NCBI GenBank assembly: GCA_030390025.1
Contig: CM059431.1
Span: 152,894,001-152,958,000, forward strand
Direction of reading: 5' to 3'
DNA from: Squalus acanthias
Lineage: Eukaryota
DNA: 64,000 bases
A program made the position numbers and the translations under genes. Below are positions 11,204-24,100 of the stretch, piece after piece. Below the pieces are notes generated by a model that searched no databases, was not told the DNA's origin, and saw only the letters and a list, made by a program, of their open reading frames with translations. Each line of letters begins with the position of its first letter. Positions within the stretch are counted from its first letter, which is position 1.

Positions 11204-13983
11204 CATCATCAGGGAACCCTTTCAATGAGAGAGTATCCCGTAATGGAAACCTTTTACAGAAGAATTCGCACCATTAGATAACCTTTTAAAGAGGGAGTCT
11301 TTCAATCAGAGAACCCTTTTAAAATGAGTCTTGCAATCAGGGACCCCTTTTAAAGAGTGAGACTTACCATCAAAGATCCCTTTTAAAGAGGGAGTCTCAC
11401 CGTAAGGGACACATTTTAAAGAGGGAGTCTCACCATCAGGGACCCCTTTTAAACGAGAGAGCTCACCTTTAGGGATCCCTTTTAATGAGGAAGTCTCACC
11501 ATCAGATACCTCTTTTAAAGATAGGGTCTCACCATCAGAGACCCCTTTTAAAGAGGGTGTATCCCATTCAGGGACCCCTTTTAAACGAGAGTGTCTCTCC
11601 ACTAGGGACCCCTTTTAAAGAGGGAGTCTCACCATCAGGGACCCCTTTTAAAGATTGAGACTCACCATCAGGGATCCCTTTATTAGAGAGAGTCTCACAC
11701 AAAGGGACCCGTTTAAAGGGAGTGTCTCACACTCAGGGATTCCTTTTAAAGAGGACATCTCACCATCAGAGGCCCTTTTAAAGAGTGAGTCTTTCTTTCT
11801 TTCAAGGTCCCCTTTTAAAGAGAGAGTCTCCACATTAGGGATCCCTTTTAAATAAGATGTCTCACCATCAGGGATCCCTTTTAAATGTGGAGTCTTTCTA
11901 TCAGGGAGTACATTTTAAAGTGAGTCTTACAATCAATGACCCCTTTTAAAGAGTGAGTCTCACCATCAGAGTCCCCGTTTAAAGAGAGGGTCTCTCCACT
12001 AGGGAACCCTTTTAACGATGGAGTTTCACCATCAGGGACCCCTTTTAAAAAGGGTGACTCACCATTAGGGACCACTTTTTAAGAGGGTGTCTAACCATCA
12101 GGGACCGCTTTTAAAGATGAAGTCTCACCATCAGCGGCCCATTTTAAAGAGAAAATCTTTCTATCAAGGACCCCTTTTAAAAAAGCGTCTTTCTATCAGG
12201 GACCCCAGAAAGAGAAAGTCTCCCCATTAGGGACACTAAGAATCTGTCTCACCTTTTGGTAGCCCTTTTTTAAGAGGAAGTTTCAGCATCAGGTACCCCT
12301 TTTAAAGAGAAAGTCTTTCTATCATAGATTCCTTTTAAAGAGAGAGTCTCCCAATTAGGTACCCCTTTTAAAAATGAGGTTAAGCATCAGAGATCCCTTT
12401 TAAAGAGAGAATTTCATCATCAGGAAGCACTTTTAAAGAGAGCCTTACCATCAGGGTCCCCTTTTACAGAGGTTCTCTCACCATCAGGGTCTCCATTTAA
12501 AGAGGGAGTCTCACCATTAGTGACCCCTTTTAAAGTGGGAGTCTCAAAATGAGAACCCCTTCTAAAGATGGGGTCCTACCATCGGGGAGCCCTTTTAAAG
12601 AGAGCATTACCATCAGGGTCCCCTTTTAAAAAGTGAGTCTCACCATCAGGGCTCCCTTTTAAAGAGGGAGTCTTTCTGTCAGGGAGCCCTGTTAAAGAAT
12701 GTCTTACCATCAGGGACCCCTTTTAAAGAGGGAATCTTACCATCAGGGACCGCTTTTACAGATTGAGTCTCAACATCAGGGACCGTTTTTCAAGAGGGAT
12801 CTTTACTTCAACGACCCCTTTTAAAGAGAGAGTCTCCCCATGAGGGATCCCTTTTAAAGAAGTAGTCTAACCATCAGGGATCCCTTTTAAAGCGGGAGTC
12901 TTTCTATCAAGGAGCCCGTTTAAAGAGGGTGACACCATCAAGAACCCTTTCAAAGAGGGAGCTTGTCTCTCACTTTTAAAATGAGTCTTACCATCAGGGA
13001 CCACTTTTAAAGAGAGCATCTTTCTATCATGTAACCCTTTTAAAGAGTGTGTCTTACCCTCGGGGAACCATTTTAAATATAGTATTTCTATCATGGACCC
13101 CTTTTAAAGAGGGCGTCTTTCTATCATGGACCCCTTTTAAAGAGGGAGTCTCACCATTAGGGACCCCTTTTTAAAGATTAAGTCTCACCATCAGTGATCC
13201 CTTTTAAAGATAAAGTCTCACACTCAGGGAACACTTTTAAAGAGGGAGTCTCACCATCAGGGACCCCTTTTAAAGTGAAACTCTCACCATCAGGGACCGC
13301 TTTTAAAGAGAGAATCTCACCTTCAGAGACACTTTTAAAGAGGGAGTCTTTCTGTCAAGTATATCTTTTAAAGTGAGATTCTCACCATCAGGAAGCCCTT
13401 TGAAAGAGAGAATCATACCGTCATAGACGCTTTTGAAGATGAAGTTTTTCTTGCAGCGAGCCCTTATAAAGGGAGTGTCTCACACTCAGGGCCCACTTTT
13501 AAAGAGGGAGTCTCACCATCAGGGACCACTTTTAAAGAGAGCATCTCACAATCAGAGACCTTTTTAAAGATGGAGTCTTTCTTTCAAGGACCCATTTCAA
13601 GAGAGGGTCTCCCCATTAGGGATCCCTTTTAAAGAAGATGTCTCACCATCAGGGACCTCTGTTAAATTTGGAGTCTTTCTTTCAGGGAGTACATTTAAAG
13701 AGGGAGACTCACCATCAGAGACCCTTTTAAATAGGGAGTCTTTCTATCAGGTGGCCCTTTTAAAGTGAGTCTTACAGTCAGCGGCCCCTTTTATAGAGTG
13801 AGTCTCACCATCAGGGACCAATTTTAAAGTGAGAGTCTTTCTATCAGGGACCCCATTTAAAGAGGACGTCTTTCTATCAGGGACCCCATAGCGAGAGTCT
13901 CCCCATTAGGGAAACATTTTAAAGAGTCAGTCTCACCATCAGGGTCCCCTTTTAAAGAGTGTGTTTCAGCATCAGGGACTCCT

Positions 13984-14514
13984 ATGTTCTGGTATATGTC
14001 TCAGTTGAGAAAGCCCTCAATGAGGGTGGCTAGAGGGGTTTCCCAGGAGGTCACACTGCAGATGTGTGTCAGGCTCCAAATTTCCAGAGCTGTGGTTATG
14101 CCTTCTAAAAGTTCCCCCAGACCTGTTACAACAAAGTCCTGCCACCTGCAATTGATGGCTGATCAAATCTCATATTTAAAGCTTGAGCTGCAGCTGAGAG
14201 TCAGCAATCCACTTGTGCTCCCGCCAGTTTTCACTGGAGTGTTTCCCATCAGGCGTGCTTCACGTGGTAAAAGGGTTAAAGTGCCTAAAATGGTTCAAAA
14301 TGGCATTACTGAGCCTATTTAGGGATAGTTAAGAGCGTTAATGGCCTCTCGCGCCTCATGGAGGCGGGACGGAGTCGAGAATCCCGCCACCCATTTTGTC
14401 AAAATTGCGTGGAGGCGTGGTGGATTCGGGATGGGGTCGGGACCACTGAATCTGCTACTTTAACCCCCCACAGGCCTCCAAACACGACTCCACGGGTCAT
14501 TCAAAATCCAGCCC
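13984..14514 (-). mobile_element. Probable terminal fragment of a Harbinger/PIF-type DNA transposon
   Basis: Non-satellite ~530 bp ending AAAATCCAGCCC (GGGCTGGATTTT on minus, TIR-like) with a GC-rich subterminal region; lies ~440 bp from the Harbinger transposase. Confidence 0.5.
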
Positions 14515-14952
14515 ATAGTCTCCCCATTAAGGACCCCTTTTAAAGAGGCTCACCATCAGGGACCACTTTTAAAAAGGGTGGTTAAGCATCATGGACTCTT
14601 TTTAAAGAGGGTGTCATTCAATCAGGGATCTCTTTTAAAGAGATAGTCTCCCCAATAGGGAAACCTTTTAAAGAGACTCACTATCAGAGACCCTTTTAAA
14701 GAGAGAGACTCACCATCACGGATCCCTTTTAAAGAGAGAGACTCACCGTCACAGACCTTTTAAAGATGGAGTCTTTCTATCAAGGACAACTTTTAAAGAG
14801 GGTGTCTCCCCATTAGGGACCCCTTTTAAATGGGGAGTCTCACTATCAAGGTCTCCTTTTAAAGAGGAAGTCTCACCATCAGTGGCCCCTTTTAAAGAAG
14901 GGAGTGTTAACATAAGGACCTCCTTTAAAGAGGGAGTCGCCCCATCAGGGAC

Positions 14953-15738
14953 CAGCGCATATAATGCCGTCGGCGCAGGAGATACCCCCCAACCAGGGTC
15001 TACAGACAGAGGGTCAGCTTCCTCAACATGTCTGAGCAGCATTGCCAAAGGCGGCTCCGACTTTCGCGAGAGGTAGTGGGTGACATATGCGCAATGCTGA
15101 AACAAGATCTGGAGCCCAGAGGACCAGCTGGACGCCCCTTCCCAGTGGCCATCAAAGTGACCACTGCACTCAACTTTTTTGCCTCAGCCTCATTCCAGGG
15201 ATCAGCGGCATCTACCAGGCGCCGCACACACCTGCATCACGCAGGTAAACGATGCCGACTTTGCCATCGCGCACAATCAGATCTATTTCAACAAGGATTA
15301 AACAAGTGTCACGGCGCGTGTGGTTGGATTAGCTAATCTGGCAGGCTTTCCAAGGGTGCAGGGCCTCTTTGACTGCACACATGTGGCCCGTAAGGCACCC
15401 CATCGCAATCCAGGTATTTTTGTCAATTGCAAGGGCTTCCATTCCCTCAACGTTCAGCTGGTGTGTGACCACAACAAGGAAGTTCTGCATGTCTGTGCCA
15501 AGTACCCTGGCAATTGCCATGACTCCTTCATACTGCGCCAGTCTAGTGTGCCTCCGCTATTCAGTCAGCTGGAACAACTTCACGGATGGCTACTTGGAGA
15601 CAAGGGCCACCCCCTGAGGACGTGGTCAATCTCGCCGTTGAGGAGCTCATCCAACGCAGCGGAGGAGAGCTACAACTCCAGCCACATTTCCACCAGATCC
15701 ATAATCGAGCAAACCATCGGTATGCTGAAGATGCGCTT
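14953..15738 (+). pseudogene. Harbinger/PIF (HARBI1-like, DDE_Tnp_4) transposase, N-terminal/central part, frameshifted
   Basis: [75 protein letters not shown]. Confidence 0.9.
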
Positions 15739-18136
15739 GGAATGAGTGACCATAACAAGGTTGAATTCCAAATCCAATTAGAGGGTGAGAAGGTTGGTTC
15801 TCAAAAAAGCATACTGAGCTTGAATAAAGGAGACTATGATGGCATGAGAGCAGAATTGATTAAAGTGGACTGGGAAAATAGATTAAAGGGTAAGACGGTA
15901 CATGAGCAGTGGTGATTATTCAAGGAGTTATTTTACAACTTTCAAAATAAATATATTCCACTGATGAAAAAAGGGTGTAAAAGAAATGACCGCCATCCAT
16001 TGCTAAATAAAGAAATTAAAGAAAGTATCCAACTAAAAACAAGGACATATAAGGTAGCCAAAGTTAGTGGGAGGATAAAAGATTGGGAAGTCTTCAAAAG
16101 ACAACAAAAAGTAACTAAAGGATTGATTAAGAAAGGGAAAATAGACTATGAAAATAAATTAGCAAAAAATATAAAAACAGAAAGCAAGAGTTTCTATAGT
16201 TATATAAAAAGAAAAAGGGTGGTTAAGGCAAACGTAGGTCCCTTAGAGGATGAGACCGGGAAATTAATGATGGGAAACTTGGAGATGGCAAAAATGCTGA
16301 ACAAATATTTTGTTTCAGTCTTTACGGTAGAGGACACTAAGAATATCCCAACACTGGACAAACAGGGGGCTCTAGTGGGGGAGGAGCTAAATACGATTAA
16401 AATCACTAAGGAATTGGTACTCAGTAAGATAATGGGTCTCAAGGCGGATAAATCCCCTGGACCTGATGGCTTACATCCTAGGGTTTTGAGGGAAGTGGCA
16501 GTAGGAATTGTGGATGCTTTGGTAATAATTTTCCAAAACTCCCTGAACTCAGCAAAGGTCCCGGCAGATTGGAAAACTGTTAATGTAACACTCTTATTTA
16601 AAAAGGGTTGTAGGCAGAATGCTGGAAATTATAGACCAGTTATCCTAACATCTGTGGTGGGTAAAATGTTGGAGTCTTATTAAGGAGACAGTAACGGAAC
16701 ATTTAGATAAACATAATTTAATAAGACAAAGTCAGCATGGCTTTATGAAGGGGAAGTCATGTCTGAAAATTTGCTCGAGATCTTTGAGGACATAACGTAC
16801 AGGGTGGATAAAGGGGAACCAGTGGATGTAGTGTATTTAGACTTCCAGAAGGCATTCGACAAGGTGCCACATAAAAGATTATTACTCAAGATAAAATTCA
16901 CTGGATTGGGGGTTAAATTCTGGCATGGGTGGAGGATTGGTTATCTAACAGGAAGCAGAGAGTTGGGATAAATGGTTCATTCTCGGACTGGCAACCAGTA
17001 GCCAGTGGTGTTCCGCAGGGGTCGGTGCTCGGTCCCCAACTCTTTACAATCTATATTAACGATTTGGAGGAGGGGACCGAGTGTAACATATCAAAGTTTG
17101 CAGATGATACAAAGATGGGAGGGAAAGTAGAGAGTGAAGAGGACATAAAAAACCTACAAGGGGATATAGACAGGCTGGGTGAGTGGTCAGAGATTTGGCA
17201 GATGCAATACAATATTGTAAAATGTGAGGTTATGCACTTTGGCAGGAAAAATCAGAGAGCAAGTTATTATCTTAATGGCGAGAAACTGGAAAGTACTGCA
17301 GTACAAAGGGATCTGGGGGTCTTGGTGCAAGAAAATCAAAAAGTTAGTATGCAGGTGCAGCAGGTGATCAAGAAAGCCAATGGAATGTTGGCTTTTATTG
17401 CTAGGGGGATAGAATATAAAAACAGGGAGGTATTGCTGTAGTTGTATAGGGTATTGGTGAGACCGCACCTGGAATACTGCATACAGTTTTGGTGTCCATA
17501 CTTAAGAAAAGACATACTTGCTCTCGAGGCAGTACAAAGAAGGTTCACTCGGTTAATTCCGGGGATGAGGGGGTGGACATACGAGGAGAGGTTGAGTAGA
17601 TTGGGACTCTACTCATTGGAGTTCAGAAGAATGAGAGGCGATCTTATTGAAACATATAAGATTGTGAAGGGGCTTGATCGGGTGGACGCGGTGAGGATGT
17701 TCCCAATGATGGGTGAAACTAGAACTAGGGGACATAATCTTAGAATAAGGGGCTCCTCTTTCAAAACTGAGATGAGGAGAAACTTTTTCACTCAGAGGGT
17801 AGTGGGTCTGTGGAATTTGCTAGCCCAGGAAGCTGTGGAAGCTACTTCATTAAATAAATTTAAAACAGAAATAGACAGTTTCCTAGAAGTAAAGGGAATC
17901 AGGGGTTACGGGGAGCGGGCTGGAAATTGGACATGAGTTTGAGTTCGGATCGGTCAAGGCCCTCTGGTTGGCGGAGCGGGCCCAGGGGCCGAGTGGCCTG
18001 GTCCTGCTCCAACTTCTTGTGTTCTTTAGAGTTGAGGTTGGATCAGATCAGCCATGATCTCATTGAATGGCGGAGCAGGCTCGAGGGGCCGATTGTTCTA
18101 CTCCTGCTCCTATTTCTTATGTTCTTATGTTCTTAT
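15739..18136 (+). mobile_element. 5'-truncated CR1 LINE (second subfamily) inserted in the Harbinger transposase
   Basis: ORF2 remnants from SDHN through RT (KSPGPDG, LDFQKAFD, GVPQG, FADD) with stops and frameshifts; tail (TTCTTATG)n. Confidence 0.93.
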
Positions 18137-18429
18137 GCTTGGATAGATCAGGTGGAGCCCTGCAATACTCAGCAGCCAGAGACTCCAGAATCGTCGTGGT
18201 TTGCTGTGCTCTTCACAACATGGCACAGTGTCATGGCTTACAGATGCCAGAGGAGCAACTGGCTCCTCACATAGCCTCTTCAGAGGAGGAGGAGGAGACG
18301 CAGGAGAAGGAGGAGGAGGAGAGAGAGAACGGACAAGTTGCAGAGGCCCCTCAACCAGTGGCAGCATTACGCGAGACCATAGCTGTCCGGAATGCAAGGA
18401 ACGCACTCATCTTGGCCAGATTTGCTTAG
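18137..18429 (+). pseudogene. Harbinger transposase C-terminal part
   Basis: CLDRSGGALQYS...IVVVCCALHNMA, acidic tract, ARNALILARFA*; continues LKMR at 15738. AATAAA at ~18648. Confidence 0.88.
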
Positions 18430-18655
18430 CCTAGACAAGAAAGCACTTTTGCCTCGCAGCTTCTTACCAGAGCTACGACGATGGCCCATTCCCAGCGGAT
18501 CCCTAACAATGTGACCACAATACTGACAATTGCAAGTTATCCTAAGGCCTCATTGTGGAAGTCCCATTAGCGAAATGACAGATGCCACAACTGCAGCTGT
18601 AGCCATCAGAGATTTTAATTAAAATTTAGACCTGATGGCTTTTTAACAATAAACA

Positions 18656-18892
18656 TCAAAATACACCCAAGTGTCTACCCTTGTGACTACTTGTGCAGTT
18701 TCTTTCTCTGACGTGTGCTCCTACGTGGTGCTTCCACTGTGGCTTCAGCAGAAGTGAAGGCCCCCTGCTCACGTTGTTGCTGCTCCTGTCTCGACTCCTT
18801 TGGTGGGCGTCCTCTGGGGTTGCGATACTTCGAGGGCTCGGCAACAGTCTGCTGCTCCTGCGGCTGGGCAGGGGTTGAGACGCCAATCTCAC
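18656..18892 (-). pseudogene. Possible C-terminal remnant of the convergent second (DNA-binding) Harbinger ORF
   Basis: Basic, P/S/R-rich frame converging on the transposase. PIF/Harbinger elements carry a second Myb/SANT gene, but no domain motif is visible here. Confidence 0.3.
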
Positions 18893-19725
18893 TTGGGTGC
18901 TCTCTTTAAAATGGACATTGATACTGAAACAGCCTCTTTAAAAGGGGTCCCTGATTCTGACACTCCCTCTTTAAAAGTTACCTCTAATGGTATGACGCAC
19001 TCTTTTAAAGTGGGGAGACTCTCACATTAAAAGGGGTCCCTTATAGAAAGACTCCATCTTTAAAAGGGGTCCCTGATAGAAAGTCTCTCTCTTTAAAAGG
19101 GGCCCCTGATGGTGAGACCCTCTCTTTAAAAGCGGTCGCTGATGCTGAAGCACACTCTTTAAAATGTGTCCCTAATTGTGAGACTACCTTTTAAAAGGGG
19201 TCCCTGATGTCGAGAATCTCACTTTAAAAGAGGTCCCTGATGGTGAGACTCCCTCTTTAAAAGGTCTCCCTGATCGAAGACTCCTATTTTAAAACGGTCT
19301 CTGATGGTGAGACTCCCTCTTTGAAAGGGCTCACTGATAGAAGGACTTCCTCTTTAATAGGGTCTCTGATGGTTAGACACTCTCTTTTACAGGTGACCCT
19401 GATGGTGAGACACACCCTTTAAAAGGGGTTACTGCTGGAGTTATTCTCTCATTAATAGGCATCCCTGACTAGGTTACTCCCTCTTTAAAGTGTTCCCTGA
19501 TGGGGAGACTCCCTCTTTAAAAGATATCGCTGATAGTGAGACTTCCTCCTTAAAAGGGTCCCGGATGGTGAGACTCGCTCTTTAAAAGGTGTCCCTAATG
19601 GAAGACGCTAGCTTTGAAATGGGACCCAGACAGAAGACTCTCTCTTTAAATGGGTCCCCTGAGGGTGAGAGTTCCTCTTTAACTTGAATCATGATGGTAA
19701 GACTCACTCTATTAAAGGGATCCCC

Positions 19726-21175
19726 TGAAGGGATAATTGCCAGTCGTAGCACTTTTCGGGCTAACCCAGATAAGGCGTATTGCCCAGACGTTAACCTTAA
19801 GCTAAAGTTAGAGATAGCCGAATCCTAGAGAGGGTTAATTGTGTCTAAAGGTTCAGACTATCTCTCCCTAAAGGAAATGAATGACTTGAAGATGTTACCA
19901 TCCTCCAGATAGCACTTTTAATATGTTTATCTAGACCGAAACCTTCCGGATATTATGAGGGTCCGGAAAAAACCCCAGAATTCTGCTATTCCTCACAAAA
20001 AAGCGATAAGAAATTGAGTTCTCGAGTTTGATACAGAAGTACTCTGTGAGACAATTCTAAAAATATATAGATTTATTAAACAACCGACATGTACTTAACA
20101 GTTGGTGATTTCAATCGCAACTTAACAGTTCAAAATTCAAATGGCTTACATTTCTTATCAGAGATCCTTATTCTCAAATCTTAACTTCGTTACATTTCCA
20201 AACTTCGTACATATTTATAATCCAGAATATCCATCAAAATCAAATAAAAGTAACTTTTGATCCCCGAGGCTCACAGGGATAAAAAGTTACAGAGCCTGCC
20301 TCTGAAGTTGAGAATCGCTTTGCCCCTTCCAGCGACTTCTGACTTCCTATCTGAAGCTCTATATTTTATACCATTTTTTGCAGTGGTATATTCTTTGAAG
20401 ATTTCTGCTAATATAGCTAATTATCTCCATTCATCTTTCTGTTGACTTCTTTCTATTCTTACTGTCAATTCAGCTGCTAACTTGAAGAATTCTGTCTTAC
20501 CTATAGGTGTTCGAAGTTATCATACAAAATGGTTATGACAGATGTATCAATTTGATGCCATTCTTACGAAGCTCTCCTATTGAATTCTTAAATTACTTTA
20601 ACAGCTTGTATTACAGACTTCGCATCTCCTTGTGTTCCAATTTCAACACATAAACCATGTGATTACTTGATGCATCTATTGATGTAATATTTACCAAGTC
20701 CTCTGTTTTCACCTTTTACAATATGTAAATCAAAAACACTTCAATCGATTACTTGATTGTTTCCCCAGCCATCTAGTTGGTTATATTACAAAATTATGTT
20801 TCCTGTCTTTCATTTGATGTTACATTTACAAAAGCACATGTTTTTTTAATGTTCTGTGTTTCTGTTCGAAGTGTTAGTTTATAACACTTTAAACTGGGTA
20901 TAACTATTGTGTTGTTTCCGAACTGCAGACTTCTTGGAACCTACAATCCTCTGTTTCAATGAGGCCATTGTCTCATTATCAATAACAAATTCATATTTCA
21001 TAAGCTTGTATGATGTTTCCAGGTTTGTGACTCATCTTATCTCAGAAGCCTATATTTACAGCTTTGTGTCATTCAGGCTTTTAGATTTTGAAACCCAGTT
21101 TGTCATATTTTAAGAAAATCAGAATTCTGTTCATAGGATGGTGCATTATTCTGAAATATGTCTCATTCCTTTACA
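19726..21175 (-). mobile_element. Solo-LTR-like element copy B (~1.45 kb)
   Basis: Minus strand starts TGTAAAGGAA and ends AATTATCCCTTCA; TATAAAA at 20370-20364; AATAAA at 20077-20072; flanks CCCC/CACT (monomer CCCT). Confidence 0.78.
20364..20370 (-). promoter_or_regulatory. TATA box of LTR-like copy B
   Basis: GGTATAAAATATAG on minus. Equivalent site is TATAAATA in copy E (35199-35192) and TATAATA in F, ~290 bp upstream of the AATAAA. Confidence 0.55.
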
Positions 21176-24100
21176 CACTGATGGGGATACCCCCACTTTA
21201 AAAGGGGACTCTGATGTTGAAACACCCCCTTTAAAAGGGGTCGCTGATGCAGAGATTTCCTCTTTAAAATGGGTCCCTGGTGGAGAGACCCTGTCATTAA
21301 AAGGGGTCCCTGATGGGGAGAATCCCTCTTTTTAAGGGGTCGCTGATGGTGAGACTTCCTCTTCAATAGGAGTCCCTGATGGTGAGACTGCACATTTAAA
21401 ATGTGTCGCTAATGGGAAGACTCTCACTTTAAAAGGGGTCCCTAACAGAAATACACCCTCTTTAAAATGGGGCACTGATAGTAAGACTCTCTCTTTAAAA
21501 TGCGACCCGAGGGTGAGACTCCATCTTTAAAAGTGGTCGCTAATTGAAAGACTCTCTCTTTGAAAGGGGTCCCTGATGGTGAGACTCCCTCTTTAAAAGG
21601 GGTTCCTGATTGTGAGACTCCCTCTTTAAAAGAGATCCCTGAGGGTGAGATTCTCTCTTTAAAAGGGCTGCCTGATATAAAGACTCCCTCTTCAAAAGGG
21701 TCTCTGATAGTGAGACTCCCTCTTTAAAAGGGCTCCCTGATAGAAAGACTCACTTTAAAATGGTCACTGACGGTGAGACTCTCTCTTTAAAAGTGACCAT
21801 GATGGTTATAATAACTCTTTAAAAGGGCTCCCTGCTGAAAAAACTCCCTCTTTAAAAGGGTCTCTGACGGTTAATTCTCTCTTTAAAAGTAATCCCCGAA
21901 TGCGAGACTCTCTCATTAAAAGCGCTTCCGGACGGGGATACCACCTTTTTAAAAGGGGCCCCAGATGGTGAGACTATCTCTTTAAAAGGGGTCCCTGATG
22001 GGGAGACTCCCTCTTTAAAACGGATCCCTGATGGTCTGTCTCCTTCTTTAAAAGGGGTCACTGACCGTGAGACACTCTCTTTAAACGGGGTCCCAGATAG
22101 TGAGACATCCCCTTTAAAACGGGTCACTGATGCTGAGACACCCTCTTTAAAATGGTTCCCTGTTCGAAGACTCCCTTATTAAAAGGGTCTCTGATGGTGA
22201 GACTCCTTCTTTAAAAGGGGTCACTAATGGTGAGACTTCCTCTTTAAAAGGGGTCACTGATGGTGAGACTCCCTCTCTAAAAGGGGTCACTGATGGTGAG
22301 ACTCCTTCTTTAAAATGGTTCCCTGTTCGAAAGACTTCCTTATTAAAAGGGTCTCTGATGGTGAGACTCTTTCTTTAAAAGGGGTCACTGATGGTGAGAC
22401 TCCCTCTTTAAAATGGATCTCTGATGGTGAGAATTCCTCTTTAAAAGGGCTCCCTGATAGAAAGACTCACTCTTTAAAAGGGATCTCTGATGGTGAGGCT
22501 CTCTGTTTTATAAGTGGTCCCTGATGGTGAGACTGCCTCTTTGAAAGGGATCCCTGATAGAAAGACTCTCTCTTAAAATTGATTCCTGATTGTGAAACTG
22601 TCGTTTTAAAAGGGGTCCCTGATGCTGAAACTTCCTCTTTATAAGGGGTTCCTGATGGTGAGACTCCCTCTTTAAAAGGGCTCCCTGATAGAATGACCAC
22701 CTCTTTATATTAGATCCCTTTTAGTGTGACATTCTTTAAAGGGAACTCTGATAGAAAGACTTACTTTTTAAAAGAGGGCCCTGACGGGGATACTCCCTTT
22801 TTTAAGATGCTCTTGATGGCGAGGCTCTCTATTTCAAAGGTGTCGCTCATGCTGAAACACACTCTTTAAAACGTGGCCCTGAGGTTAGACTCCTTCTTTA
22901 AATTGGTCCCTGATGGCGAGAATTCTCTTTAAAAGGGATCCCTGATGTTGAGACTCCCTCTTTAAAAGGGGTCCCTGAGTGTGAGTCTCTCACTTTAAAA
23001 GGGATATCTGATGGTGAGACTTACGCTTTAAAATGGGTCACTGATGGTAAGAATCTCTTTAAAAGCGTTCCCTGATACAAAGACTCCCGCTTTAAAAGGG
23101 TCTCTGATGGTGAGACTCCCTATTTAAAAGGGGTCCCTGATAGTGAGACTCATTCTTTAAAAGTGCTCCCTGATAGAAAGACAAACTGTTTAAAAGGGTC
23201 ACTGACCGTGAGACGCTCACTTTAAAAGTGATCCATCTTTGTGAGACTCCCTCTTTAAAAGGGATCTCTGATGGTGAGACTCCCTCTTTAAAAGGAGTCC
23301 CTGATGGTTTGACTACCTCTTTTTAAAAGGGGTCCCTGATAGAAAGGCTCTCTCTTTAAAATTCATCCCTGATTGTGAGACTCTCTCTTTAAAAGGGGTC
23401 CCTGATGTTGAAACTTCCTCTTTTTAAGGGGTCCCTGATGGTGAGGCTCCCTCTTTAAAACGTTTCCCTGATACAAAGACACCCCATTTAAAAGGGCCCT
23501 CTAATAGAAAGACTACCTCTTTAAAAGGGATCCCTGATATTGAGACTCATTATTTAAACGGGGTCACTGATAGAAAGACTCTCTTTTTAAATGGGGTCCC
23601 TGACGGGGATACGCCCTCTTTAAAAGGGGCCCCTGATGGTGTGGCGCTCTATTACAAAGGCGTCCCTCATGCTGAAACACCCTCTTTAAAACGAGTCATG
23701 ATGGTGAGACTCCTTCTTTAAAAGGGGTCGCTGATGGCGAGAATCTCTCTTTTAAATTGATCCTTATGTTGAGACTCCCTCTTTAAAAGGGGTCCCTGAG
23801 TGTGAGACTCTCTCTTTAAAAGGGATAACTGATAGTGAGACTTAAGCTTTAAAAGGGATCACTGATGATAAGACTCTTTTTAAAAGCGCTCCCTGATACA
23901 AATACACCCTCTTTAAAAGGGTCTCTGATGGTGAGACTCCCTATTTAAAAGGGCACCCTGATAGAAAGATCACCTCTTTGAAAGGGATCCCTGATAGTGA
24001 GATTCATTCTTTAAAAGTGGTCCCTGATAGAAAGACTCCCTCTTTAAAAGGGGTCCCTGACGGGGTTAATCCCTATTTAAAAGGGGCCCTGATGGTGAGG

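Larger units (their letters stand above)
8411..14952 (-). repeat. 33-bp satellite array (reverse orientation), interrupted at 9772-11203 and 13984-14514
   Basis: Same monomer, reverse complement. Confidence 0.95.

Noticed and set aside
14953..18429. Domesticated host gene HARBI1
   Set aside because: Frameshifted, split by a LINE and embedded in satellite; it is a transposon relic.
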